DNA of 63,980 nucleotides, filler included, from Octopus bimaculoides (taxonomy: Eukaryota): assembly GCF_001194135.2 (NCBI RefSeq). It is 7 parts of 7 records of this genome, joined end to end, with 100 filler letters (N's around TTAATTAATTAA, not from the genome) between each part and the next. Parts side by side here need not be neighbours in the genome. Positions count along the whole stretch, not along the records: positions 48,625 to 53,604 come from NW_026307615.1; positions 53,705 to 57,372 come from NC_069001.1; positions 57,473 to 61,583 come from NC_068998.1; positions 61,684 to 63,980 come from NC_068981.1; 3 more parts are not named here. One strand, written 5' to 3'. Shown here in pieces: positions 51,876 through 63,933 of this stretch (position 1 is the first letter of the stretch; each line of letters opens with the position of its first letter). The notes beneath the pieces are model-generated. The model ran no database searches, was not told where the DNA came from, and saw only the letters and a list, made by a program, of their open reading frames with translations. The position numbers were made by a program, and so were the translations under genes.

Positions 51876-53407
51876 GTATATATATATATATATATATATA
51901 AAGTGTAGTATATTGCCCCAGGAGGACATCCTGGGGCTAAAAGCAACNNNNNNNNNNNNNNNNNNNNNNNNNNNNNNNNNNNNNNNNNNNNNNNNNNNNN
52001 NNNNNNNNNNNNNNNNNNNNNNNNNNNNNNNNNNNNNNNNNNNNNNNNNNNNNNNNNNNNNNNNNNNNNNNNNNNNNNNNNNNNNNNNNNNNNNNNNNNN
52101 NNNNNNNNNNNNNNNNNNNNNNNNNNNNNNNNNNNNNNNNNNNNNNNNNNNNNNNNNNNNNNNNNNNNNNNNNNNNNNNNNNNNNNNNNNNNNNNNNNNN
52201 NNNNNNNNNNNNNNNNNNNNNNNNNNNNNNNNNNNNNNNNNNNNNNNNNNNNNNNNNNNNNNNNNNNNNNNNNNNNNNNNNNNNNNNNNNNNNNNNNNNN
52301 NNNNNNNNNNNNNNNNNNNNNNNNNNNNNNNNNNNNNNNNNNNNNNNNNNNNNNNNNNNNNNNNNNNNNNNNNNNNNNNNNNNNNNNNNNNNNNNNNNNN
52401 NNNNNNNNNNNNNNNNNNNNNNNNNNNNNNNNNNNNNNNNNNNNNNNNNNNNNNNNNNNNNNNNNNNNNNNNNNNNNNNNNNNNNNNNNNNNNNNNNNNN
52501 NNNNNNNNNNNNNNNNNNNNNNNNNNNNNNNNNNNNNNNNNNNNNNNNNNNNNNNNNNNNNNNNNNNNNNNNNNNNNNNNNNNNNNNNNNNNNNNNNNNN
52601 NNNNNNNNNNNNNNNNNNNNNNNNNNNNNNNNNNNNNNNNNNNNNNNNNNNNNNNNNNNNNNNNNNNNNNNNNNNNNNNNNNNNNNNNNNNNNNNNNNNN
52701 NNNNNNNNNNNNNNNNNNNNNNNNNNNNNNNNNNNNNNNNNNATATATACACACAGACACACGCACAGTAGTGAGCTCAGAAGTAGCCAGTGGCATGTAC
52801 GTGTGTGTGTGTGTGTGTGTGTGTAATTCTACATGAACTACATTGCTGGTCGAGTGTTATTTCGCTGGCTATTTTGTTAGTTTATCTGGTTGCCCTATTT
52901 GGGATACTAAGAACACATTGCGTAGCATACACAGGCCACTAAGAGAGTGAAAGAAAGAAAGAGAGAGAGTATGAGAGAGGCAGAGAGAGAGAGGGGGGGT
53001 GAAAGCAGAGGACGCATTCACAGTAGATCTGTCTATCTGTCTCACGGTCTGTCTGTCTGTCTCTCTCTCTCTATAAGTATGTATGTGTGGTGTACATCAT
53101 CCTTTAAACCAGGTTACAATCTCTTATCAGTACCCTCCACCCACCACAAACACACACATACACACACACGTACACATATATATATATATATATATGTATA
53201 CGTATACATGTAGACGTACACACACACACACAACGGGTCCCCCAACACACATGCGTCCGTCTGCCAGTCAGCTACAAAACCAGCGACACTTAGTGGAGAA
53301 TAAGAAGAGCTAGGCTAAACTTGTGACCTCACAATTCTCTCGTCCCTCACACTCTGGCTGATATATATACACACTCACAGATACATATACCCTGACTGCC
53401 TGAATGT

Positions 53408-53455
<48 letters not shown>

Positions 53456-53970
53456 ATACTTTTCTGTTTTCGTTTGTCCCTCTCTCTCTCTCTCTGTATC
53501 TCTTTGTTCCTGCTCTGCTCCCCCCCCAGCTCTCTCTCTCTCTGTGTCTTACTCTTTCTCTCACACACTCTCGCCTCTGTTAGGACGTCCACTGAAGGCG
53601 AAAANNNNNNNNNNNNNNNNNNNNNNNNNNNNNNNNNNNNNNNNNNNNTTAATTAATTAANNNNNNNNNNNNNNNNNNNNNNNNNNNNNNNNNNNNNNNN
53701 NNNNTATATATATATATATATATACATATATGATAAGATAGGTATTCTAACATCCTTAGTTGGATTTAGTGACGTCTATAGCTTACCGATGACGCCAATG
53801 TCACGATAGATGTATTAAAGCGCTACTAATAGTTTCATATGTTGAGAGAACTCAAACATATTCTTCAGGCGCAAACCACTTATCATAACGAACTAAAATA
53901 TGTATACGTAATTGTATACATATATGCTGAGTGGGACTGTAATCGCCCAAACACCGATCGAGAATTCCTT

Positions 53971-54019
53971 ATACTGACCGATCAGTTTCGGCTATTTCCG
54001 TAGCGTCATCGGCGAGTAC
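53971..54019 (-). ncRNA. Degenerate minimal type I hammerhead motif downstream of the PLE ORF
   Basis: GTACT-CG-CCGATGA-C-GCTA-CGGAAA-TAGC-C-GAAAC-TGATCG-GT-C-AGTAT; near-palindromic helix III ACTGATCGGT. Confidence 0.55.
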
Positions 54020-54735
54020 TCTCACTCGACTGATTCCGAACATAATTCTCTCTTAGCATATATGTATTCACCATAGAAATTTATGGATGATTTCGCGAAT
54101 CGCTATGTAGACTAAAATTAATATAAACGCATACATATATATATGTATGTATGTGTGTGTTTGTGTGTGTGTGTGTGAGTGTGAGTGTGTGCGTGTGTGG
54201 TAAATGAAAGACGGAATATGGAATATATGAGAATGTTTATTGTTAATCATGACAATCGTTTTGACACATCTAACATCGATCCCTCACGGGTGGGATACTT
54301 AGCAAATGGTCCAGAAGCATCCGGTTGTGCAGATGTGTCTCATCGGGTGATAAATAGATACAACTCGTTAAAATAACAGTTCCGCAATATAATTTCTCGT
54401 TTTGTAGAAAGAAAAGCAGCCAGACAGAGGAAATATCTTCATTTATATAGAAGATCAAGAAGATAATCACATGCAAAAAAGAAACGAACATGCAATCCAG
54501 CGGGAAAAGTATTAAAAATAGCCGTTAAGGAATATGGATGTATAAACGCCCTCGCGCCAGCTACATGGCATGTGTACACTAGCTCATACAAGCATCCGTG
54601 AAAATATAAGCATACGCACACTTGTGGTTTGGCGCACTCACGATCACAAAGCGAGTTAAATAGCTACTTGGTGTTCATAAGAACGGGGAGGCTAAACTCA
54701 ATTCATCCATACCTTAAAGTAAATTATGTTAACAG

Positions 54736-55194
54736 CTATTCAAATTCATTCCCACTGCATTGTACGAAAGTACATTTATATGCATGTAGGCATCTTGAGA
54801 GTCTTTCAGAAATTCTGTTAATGATCTTCTCATTGGTCCACAGAATAGACAGGGATTCCTCGGAACAGGGTCGGCATCTCCTGGAAATGATATTGTATGG
54901 TTTTGCGTGTCTTACTATGGACCAAGTTATGTTGTACTTAATTTTATCTTCTTTCAGTTGCCATTCAAAATCGACCAAAGATGTTGAATGTCTCTTATTG
55001 GTTTTCTTAAAGATGGTGACATGGTTGCGATAATGATTCTTAAATGAATCAGCCGTCTGCCCAATGTAAGCATACGGCAACACCTTTGTGTGCTCGGTAC
55101 ATTTGTATACAAGATTTGTACTCATACAGAGGTTCACCAATGAGGATTTTGATTTTTCTCTGCATGACCATTTATTATATTTATTTGTATACAT
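54736..55194 (-). mobile_element. Penelope-like element, nearly complete GIY-YIG endonuclease reading frame (remnant)
   Basis: C....NLVYKC...YAYIGQT..SFKNHYRNH...F....HSTSL....WQLK...W.IV..AKPY....C..C.EE....N..SE...C.H; open for 152 aa. Confidence 0.93.
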
Positions 55195-55373
55195 GGCAGT
55201 TCTGATTACATTTTCCGAGGTTGTTATCGTGTTAGCTATGTCATAATCATTTCTACTATTAAAATTTATCCGTATCTGGTGCTTTTCGTTGCGGTTTACC
55301 TCTCTTTTGTTGGTATTTAGAGGTGTATGCTTCCTAGATCCAGTTGTTTATGTCAGCAGCCGGCAGAGGAGAA

Positions 55374-55431
<58 letters not shown>

Positions 55432-55446
55432 TGAGAAAGAGAGATG

Positions 55447-55479
<33 letters not shown>

Positions 55480-55489
55480 CGATGCCCTC

Positions 55490-55660
55490 CACTACCGCTT
55501 GACAGCCGATGTTGATGTGTCCACTTAACTTAGATCGATAGAATAAGTACCAGGCTTACAAGAAAAAGTACTGGCTTCGATTCATTCGACTAAAAATTAT
55601 TCGAGACGTTGCCCCAGCATGGCCGCAGCCTGATTAGTGGAACGAGTCAAAGATAAAAGT
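55490..55660 (+). mobile_element. SINE family A module 2
   Basis: gcttgacagccgatgttg...gatagaataagtaccaggcttacaag...ccccagcatggccgcag. Confidence 0.75.
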
Positions 55661-56127
55661 AGGTGTATGCACGTGCATCTATCTATATATATTTGTGTTT
55701 GTAAGTATAAGTCTTTGAGTGTATGTTGTGTTTATGTGTGCATGTATACGTGTATATGAGTCAGGTAAGACAACATGGCTGAAACTGAATACCGCTGTTA
55801 TTGATGCTGCTGGTGCGGCTGCTGCATTTGAGAATGTCGACGACAAGAATGATGATGATGAAGATAATGATGATAGTGGTGATAGTTAAAGTGATAATAA
55901 CGGTGGTGGTGGTGATGATGGCGATTAAAAATGAAAATGATGATAATAATGAAGATAATGTATAGCTTTCGGTTCAGTTGTCGTTGCTGTTGGCGTTGTG
56001 TCGATGTCGTTAAAAGTGACAAGATTGTTATCTCTGTCTCATGTTACGAAAGCTTTTTCTTTTTATAATAATAAACAGCTTTGCAAGTAGAATATTAATT
56101 AGCTTCATTAAAGACAATACTGAAACT

Positions 56128-56172
56128 ACAACTGCAGCAACAGCAACAACAACAACAGCAACAACAACAGCA

Positions 56173-56224
<52 letters not shown>

Positions 56225-56255
56225 TTACTACTACTACTACTACTAATAATAATAA
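56128..56255. repeat. Compound CAG/CAA to CTA to TAA trinucleotide gradient
   Basis: Adjacent tracts differ by single substitutions. Confidence 0.9.
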
Positions 56256-56464
56256 TAATAAACCTTTCTAATATAGGCGCAAAACCTGTAATTTGGATGA
56301 AGGGGCCAGTTGATTAGATCGACCCCAGTACGCAACTGATAATTAGTTTATTAACCCCGAAAGGATGAAAGGCAATGTCAACCTCGGCGGAATTTGAACT
56401 CAGACCGTAAAGACAGGCAAAATACCGCTAAACGGCGTACTAACGATTCTGTCAGCTCGCCGCC

Positions 56465-56467
<3 letters not shown>
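56255..56467 (-). mobile_element. SINE family B embedded in (AAT)n
   Basis: Full head-to-tail match; both flanks are (AAT)n. Confidence 0.9.
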
Positions 56468-56540
<73 letters not shown>

Positions 56541-56547
56541 TAATAAT

Positions 56548-57050
56548 ACCAACATACATCAGAAAAGGTAATGGACGAAAAGGGGAAGGCAAAAATTCTC
56601 TGGGACTTTGACTTTCAGACAGACAAGGTGTTAGAGCACCGAAGGCGGGACATAGGAACCATTAGGAGGGACAAACAAGAGTGCCTAATGGTTGATGTGG
56701 CAGTGCCAGGAGATCAACATATCAGCATGAAAGACAAAAGATCGATAAATATGGAGACCTGAGAATTGAGGTCGCCAAAATGTGACAGTTACGAGAGTCA
56801 AATATAAAGGTTGTGCCTATTGTCATCGGAGCATTGGGTTCAATACCAACCAACATGAAGAAACATCTGGAAACTTTAGAACTAATCTACAGTCTAGGTG
56901 CAAAAATCGGCATTACTTGGAACAGCACGCATATTACGTAAAGTACTGTCTGTCTGAGGTGGTTGCGACTTTACAGACTGTACAAACCCCCGATAGACAC
57001 AATATCTTCAATCGACAATATCACGACATTGGATACTGTACGACGTATTA
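56548..57050 (+). mobile_element. R4/Dong-clade LINE 3' end (restriction-like endonuclease plus 3' UTR), 5'-truncated
   Basis: KILWDFDFQTDKVLEHRRRDI...VDVAVPGD / KIDKYGDLRIEV...VVPIVIGALGSIP / QKSALLGTARILRKVL*; (TAA)n on both sides. Confidence 0.92.
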
Positions 57051-57075
57051 AATAATAATAATAATAATAATAAAT

Positions 57076-57372
57076 ATAAATCATCTCATTTACATGGATG
57101 ATTTAAAGATCTTTTCAAAAAATGACCAACAACTCAAAGGCCTACTAGCGATTGTTAAACAATTCAGTGATGACATCAGGATGCAATTTGGCCTTGATAA
57201 ATGTGCAAAAGCTACCTTTATCAAAGGAAAAATGACAAATACATCTAATGTGAATCTTGACCAGCAAAATGTCATAAAAGAGTTAGAACCAGCGGAGAGC
57301 TACAAATACCTAGGGGTAATTGAAGGGGACAATATCAAGCACTCAGTGATGAGGGAAAGGATCAGAAGAGAA
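57076..57372 (+). mobile_element. R4/Dong-clade LINE RT fragment, second 5'-truncated copy, cut by gap
   Basis: INHLIYMDDLKIFSKN...FSDDIRMQFGLDKCAK...YKYLGV; starts directly after (TAA)n; open frame. Confidence 0.92.
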
Positions 57373-57472
57373 NNNNNNNNNNNNNNNNNNNNNNNNNNNN
57401 NNNNNNNNNNNNNNNNTTAATTAATTAANNNNNNNNNNNNNNNNNNNNNNNNNNNNNNNNNNNNNNNNNNNN

Positions 57473-57545
<73 letters not shown>

Positions 57546-57878
57546 GAAAGAGAGAGAGAAAAAGAGAGAGAGAGAAAAAGAGAGAGAGAGAGAAAAAGAG
57601 AGAGAGAGAGAGAAAGAGAGTGAAAGGCGAAAGACATGCTTTCTCGCACACTCAATGGGGAAAATCAAACTCACACACACACACACACACACACACGTTA
57701 AGATCACAGTTTCCGAAAATAAATGGCGCTATCAAAAGCTTGCTTGTAAATTGATAATGATGCTGTCTCATAAATTTGCAGACCTGTACATTCATTCATA
57801 TATCTATACATACATACCTACATATATATATATATATATTATACATACATATACATTTATATACATGTACATATATAA

Positions 57879-57939
<61 letters not shown>

Positions 57940-58124
57940 CATATATCTACCATTATTTTGTCGTCGTTTGTTACTGATATTTGGATTGTTATTTCGTATT
58001 TTTTATAATTCTTCTTTGTTTTGTTTTTTGTTTTTGTTTTTCGTATAGTTTATCCAGACTTTTGTTTGTGCTGTTGTTTGTTCGTTTTCCTTGTCATCAT
58101 CATTGTTGTTGCTATTGCTGTTCC

Positions 58125-58360
58125 AGTTAAGATGGCGAAGCAAATGGCGGCCGCGGTAGATATTCTTTTTGTATTTTGTGTATGTCTTTTTTTGTTAGGT
58201 TTCTCGTTGTTTTTTGTTGCTGTTGTTATTTTTTTAGTTTTGTTTGTTTGTCTATTACCTCTTCTCACTTCCAAACTCAATTGTAAATGATTTCCCGCCT
58301 CTGGCTATATAACAGAGCGGCAATAGTTTTAAGATTATTCGAAACAAAATGGCGCATATA
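58125..58360 (+). promoter_or_regulatory. Candidate promoter-like motif cluster
   Basis: YY1-like AAGATGGCG 58129, CAAATGGCGGC 58141, CAAAATGGCG 58345; E2F-like TTTCCCGC 58291; TATATAA 58306. Confidence 0.25.
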
Positions 58361-58668
58361 ATACAAAAAACAACACATATACACACACCCATCTTATTAA
58401 CTGTATTTATTCGTCAACATTTGTATCGAACGATGTAAATTGAAGAAGATCGAATGTAGTTGATCATGCTTTTGTTGTTCTTGTTTTTGTTGTTATTTGG
58501 CGTTGTTATCTCTGCTGTTGTTCATATTGTTGTTGATGTCGTCGTTAGGTGCAATACGGTTACATAGTTTGGAAACTCTTATAATCGACAGATTCAAAGA
58601 TTTTAAATATATCCCGCCTTCTTGACACTACCACCCCTCTCATCTCTTCCCTACTTTCCCCGATCTTA

Positions 58669-58706
<38 letters not shown>

Positions 58707-58864
58707 ATTTTCATTTCTTCCTATCCTCCTTTCTCTTCTCACTCTCTTTCTCTATCTTTCTCTCTCTTGTTTCTCTCTCTCTCTCTCTCTCTCCCAACTT
58801 TCTCTATCTCACTCCTTTCTGTCTCCCCACGTCTCTATCTCTCTCTCTCTCTCTNNNNNNNNNN

Positions 58865-58931
<67 letters not shown>

Positions 58932-59502
58932 CTTGCCTTCACTCTCTCCTTTCCCCTCGCCTGCTATCTCTCTCCCTTCCGCCCCTGTTACACCTCTTCT
59001 CTGTATCTCTCTATTTCTCTATCTTTTCCTGTCTCTCCTTCACACCCACGGATACACATCCATACACATACAAACACACACGCACACACAAACGCATAGT
59101 TAACGTTTCGCGATGTCTTCCGACAAAATCTAAGTGCATTTCTTTCTTAACACCAAGACCCGATCATTAAGTATTAACCTGCAAAGTAAGACAGAAGATA
59201 GACGCAACAAACATTATAGCCAAATCGATTTTCCCGATACGATTTCTAATCTACGCTGTAACTGTTTCACTTCATTAGTTTTGCTACACTTTGTAGGCTT
59301 GTATTTGTCCCCCTGCCCCTACCCACAGGTTGTTTCGTCAGTAATTCTTATATTCTTCTAATACTAAGACAATTGAAGGAATAAACTTTCTCCTAAGCAG
59401 AATGAATCCACAAGATATATATGAGAAATTGAACCTTCTATCCACAATACATTTTACGCCATAACTATTCTGAGTCCTCAGTATAATTGTTCTCTCATCT
59501 TT

Positions 59503-59535
59503 TCTCTGAAAAAGGATTTTTTCCGAAACGTTGGA
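59503..59535 (+). ncRNA. Degenerate minimal hammerhead motif (G8A)
   Basis: TCT-CTGAAAA-A-GGA-TTTTT-TCC-GAAAC-GT-T-GGA. Confidence 0.45.
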
Positions 59536-60097
59536 TTTTCCACTCCCACGGCAACAAATCCACTGGACTCTTTTTAGTGTATGTAATATTGACATTTTCT
59601 TCTCCTACGATCTTGGTTCAAATCTTGAGAGCGTATTTTTTTTTTTTTCGTTTTAGCACATTTTAAACACAAAGTTCATAGGCGTTTTCTTAATCTTCTA
59701 GTAACTCATCATTACAAGTTGAGGGGGTGGGCGTGGAGAGGAATTAAACAGATGATGACGATAAGGAGAAGGAGGAGTAGTTGGAGGCATTTGAACTTTG
59801 GTGTTACTAAGTGGGATGGCTTTTAATAAGTAAATTAGTACAGACATATACAGTTTCCGCCGATTTAAATCTTAAAAGACCGCAACAACAACCATTAGCT
59901 ATATCAATGTTGTCGTTACATATATACACACACACATATATGAGGATCAAAAGGCCACATGGACAAGCGGAGGACGCCCCGCCCCTCCACAGTGACAGGC
60001 GGACACATATCTTAACTCCATTAAGCAATTCCTTCCCGCCTTTATCTGACACAACAAACCGGTTCTTCCTTAATTGACGGACCCCCATCGCCACCAC

Positions 60098-60308
60098 CAT
60101 GATGATCATGATGGTGATCATCATCGTCGTCGTCGTCGTCGTCATCGTCGTCGTCGTCATCGTCATCATCATCATCATCATCATCACCACCACCATCATC
60201 AACATCATTCTCGTCATCACCGTCATCACCGTCATCACCGCCATCATCGCCACTACCATCATCCCCATCACCAACATCACCACCGTCGTCGTCATCATCA
60301 TCACCATT

Positions 60309-60389
<81 letters not shown>

Positions 60390-60390
60390 A
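60098..60390. repeat. Compound (CAT/CAC/CGT)n to (ATT)n trinucleotide repeat
   Basis: Explains the poly-H/D/M/I ORFs in the track. Confidence 0.95.
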
Positions 60391-60393
60391 ACG

Positions 60394-60605
60394 CGGCGAG
60401 CTGGCAGAAACGTTAGTACGCCGGGCAAAATGCTTAGCGGTATTTCGTCTGTCTTTACTACCCGGAGTTCAAATTCCGCCGAGGTCGACTTTGCCTTTCA
60501 ATCTTTCTGGGTCAATAAATTAAGTACCAGTTGCGAACTGGAATCGATCTAATCGACTGATGCCCACCCCCAAAATTTCGGGCCTCGTACTTAGAGTAGA
60601 AAAGA
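60394..60605 (+). mobile_element. SINE family B embedded in (ATT)n
   Basis: gcggcgagctggcagaaacgttag...gagttcaaattccgccgaggtcgactttgcctttc...aaattaagtaccagttgcg...gagtagaaaagattat. Confidence 0.92.
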
Positions 60606-61134
60606 TTATCATTTTTTTTTAATTGATATTAGCCCTTGTGGCCAATAAAACGAATTAATTATTATTATTATCATTATTATTATCCTCATCCTCCTCCTCA
60701 TCCTCATCATCATCGTCGTCGTCGTCGTCACTAACAGCAATAACCACTCCCAACGCATCTAACGCTATCGCTTCCATTAAACAACCACTGCATGACCTCC
60801 TTTTTCGCTCACCACCTCAACCCCCTTCGCCTCCGTCGCCGCACCTTTGCCGTTATAAACCCACGACCTTCGTTTCTGCTATATTTCCTTTCGTCACCGG
60901 CCATTAAGGACCCGGAACCCCACCCTTTAAATAGAACAAGTGAGATTGCAAGAGAGGTTAGTGGGGATCTTTGCAAGATGGCCATAAATCAACGCAAATA
61001 CACAACCTCCGCTTTTTACCCCTAATCTTTTACGAAGGAAGTGCGTGGAAGGGGGAACAAGGAGAACCCTAATTTTCTCTTTACTTATTTTAATGATAAG
61101 GAGGTTAGTGTCTTCAAATATACTTACTACAGAT

Positions 61135-61583
61135 AGGCACAGACGAGGCCGTGTGGTAAGAGGTTTGTTTCCCAACCACATGGTTCTGGGTTCAGTCCCA
61201 CCTTGAACAAGTGTGTTTTACTATTGTTCCCGGGCTATAGACGGAAAAAGAGGAAGATATGTAGATATAGGCGCAGGCATGACTGTGTGGTAAGAAGCTT
61301 GCTTTCCAGCCACATGGTTCCGGGTTCAGTCCCACTGCGTGGCACTTCGGGTGTTTATCCTCTACTGTAGCCCCAGGTCGAGCAAAGCCTTGTAAGTGGT
61401 TTTGGTAGACGGAAACTGAAAGAAGCTCTCCCATATATATGTAGGTATATATAAGTGTGTTAGTGTCCGTGTTTGTCCCCCCACCCCACTGTTTGACAGT
61501 GGTTTGTTTACGTCTCCATAACGTAGCGGTTCGGCAAAAGAATCCAATAGAATAAGTAGCAGGCTTTTTCTTTAAAAAAAAAG
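61135..61583 (+). mobile_element. SINE family A head fragment (61135-61230) plus near-full copy (61270-61583)
   Basis: ggcgcaggcatgactgtgtggtaagaagcttgc...gacggaaactgaaagaagc...agcggttcggcaaaag. Confidence 0.88.
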
Positions 61584-61780
61584 NNNNNNNNNNNNNNNNN
61601 NNNNNNNNNNNNNNNNNNNNNNNNNNNTTAATTAATTAANNNNNNNNNNNNNNNNNNNNNNNNNNNNNNNNNNNNNNNNNNNNATAGATAGATATGCAGA
61701 GCAGGGAATCGTCAATTAGTAATAAAATTAATAATTAACAATTTTGCCGGGTAGCTCAGTATGAAAAAACCTTTTCGGTA

Positions 61781-61815
<35 letters not shown>

Positions 61816-62391
61816 TGCATTTATGAATGTACGTATGTGTGTACGTATGTGTGTTGTGTGTATGTCTGTGTGTGTGGGGAATACAAACTGGAGAGTGGAA
61901 CGGGTAAAATCCAGGCTACATATGCTTTTTTTATCTAGCTAATCACCAAGCCAAGAATACCTTGAAGGTTACATTGTCTCTTAGCCGTGACTTATGCAGA
62001 AACTTTCAGCTTATCGAATTTCCTTCGATATGGGAAAAAGTGTGTAACTTTCGACGCCAATAAATTGTCATGGTTCCTGACCGTGCACTGTCCACTTTTT
62101 GTTTTCTATATCTGCTACATACTGCTTGAAGCTTACAGACTTCTTACAGTTGGATCCCTGGATCCGCTGTTGATATTTCTACGAAGGACAAACGTTACAG
62201 AACAAGATAGTACAAAGAAATGTCGCAGGCATAAAACATAAAACAAAGAATAAAGACATTTTGTATATTCGGATGAAACAATGTGTATGAGAAGTAACGT
62301 CGAGAGAAAATACAGTGTGTATGTGTATTTATACGTACACACACAAACAATTATATAGATACGAACACACACATATATATAATACCTACAG

Positions 62392-62479
<88 letters not shown>

Positions 62480-62955
62480 CAGATATATTTCGCCCACATA
62501 TAAGCGTTTTTCTTGACAAAGTAATATTAACCCCGAAATATCGAAATATAAGGTGGAAAAGTGTAGCTGATACTCTGTCTTCCGCCTTCCTTACATCAGT
62601 CTTCACTCTTCTATTTCAGTTTACATTGTATTGGTTTTAAATAGTTTCAACACAATGTTATACTCACACATTACTCTACGCTAAAATATATGTATCCTGT
62701 ATGTTTTATTATTGGTTTCTGTCATTGAACTGACACTATGATGGATAATTGCCCTTTTAAGTGTTCCAGTCAATCTTACAATGCAATAAACTCCGGTTAT
62801 TATTTCAGTATTTATTTTACCGATTATGTTTATCGAGCCTTTATGTTACAGGCTCCAAAGAGATGCAGCATACTCAAAAATATCGCTTTTCTCAGACCAA
62901 TATAAATAAAAATACAGGCATATATGCATACATTTACACACATATACACACACAA

Positions 62956-63008
<53 letters not shown>

Positions 63009-63345
63009 TACATACATACACACACATATACATACGTGCATACGTACATACATACATTCACACATGCATATATATCGCTGCTGTTATGTTAAATATGTCT
63101 TATGTCCAAATTTTGCCAAATGCGTTTTATTCAATATTTATTTTTGCTTGCAATAGCTGGTTCTTTTGGTCAAACTATAGTACCTTGAGCTACTTCAGAT
63201 GCCACGATATCAAAAACTGTCAAAGTGTAGTACAACGGTTTTGTTATGGAATGGTGAAACTATTTTCTCGATTTCTGAAAAAGCAACGTTTTGGACTTAC
63301 GACACTTTTGTATAATAGNNNNNNNNNNATACATATGTGTGTGTA

Positions 63346-63387
<42 letters not shown>

Positions 63388-63504
63388 TCTGTGTGTGCGT
63401 GTGTATACTATTTTATTAAGGCCGAAAACAAATATCACAAACTGTTACTCAGGGTTTCACATAATCGTTCATCTGACAGTTGTGATAATGCAGAATATAT
63501 ATCG

Positions 63505-63720
63505 ATCGTGTCTTTGCCCCCTTAGTGGCTTCCATCCCCTCCCACAATCCACGACACTAGCCATGCTCTCGGTCTTTTCAGCTCTTTTTCCTTCCCTCCT
63601 GGCCCCTCTAAATTTCTCTTCACTCTTGATATCAAGAGTCTATATATGGTGATCCCGCACAACGAAGGACTTCTTGCCCTCCAACACTTCTTAGATCTTC
63701 GACACGTCAACGCTTCTTCG
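63505..63720 (+). mobile_element. Penelope-like element reverse transcriptase fragment
   Basis: [60 protein letters not shown] matches the PLE RT D(V/I)xSLYTxIP motif. Confidence 0.85.
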
Positions 63721-63732
63721 TCTATCTGTCTG

Positions 63733-63779
<47 letters not shown>

Positions 63780-63785
63780 GTCTAT

Positions 63786-63841
<56 letters not shown>

Positions 63842-63842
63842 A

Positions 63843-63893
<51 letters not shown>

Positions 63894-63933
63894 ATGTCTC
63901 CATTTTGTCTATCTACCTATGAGGTGTGTGCGT

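Noticed and set aside
59100-59130. Minus-strand CGGAAGA-CATCGC-GAAACGTT
   Set aside because: No helix II and a poor helix I
59807-60428. Poly-His, poly-Asp and poly-Met ORFs
   Set aside because: Open in several frames because of trinucleotide repeats; no splice or domain support
25746-61639. Six TTAATTAATTAA islands in N runs that look like a conserved repeat
   Set aside because: Six-frame-stop scaffolding linker; not biological. Adjacency across these blocks is uncertain.
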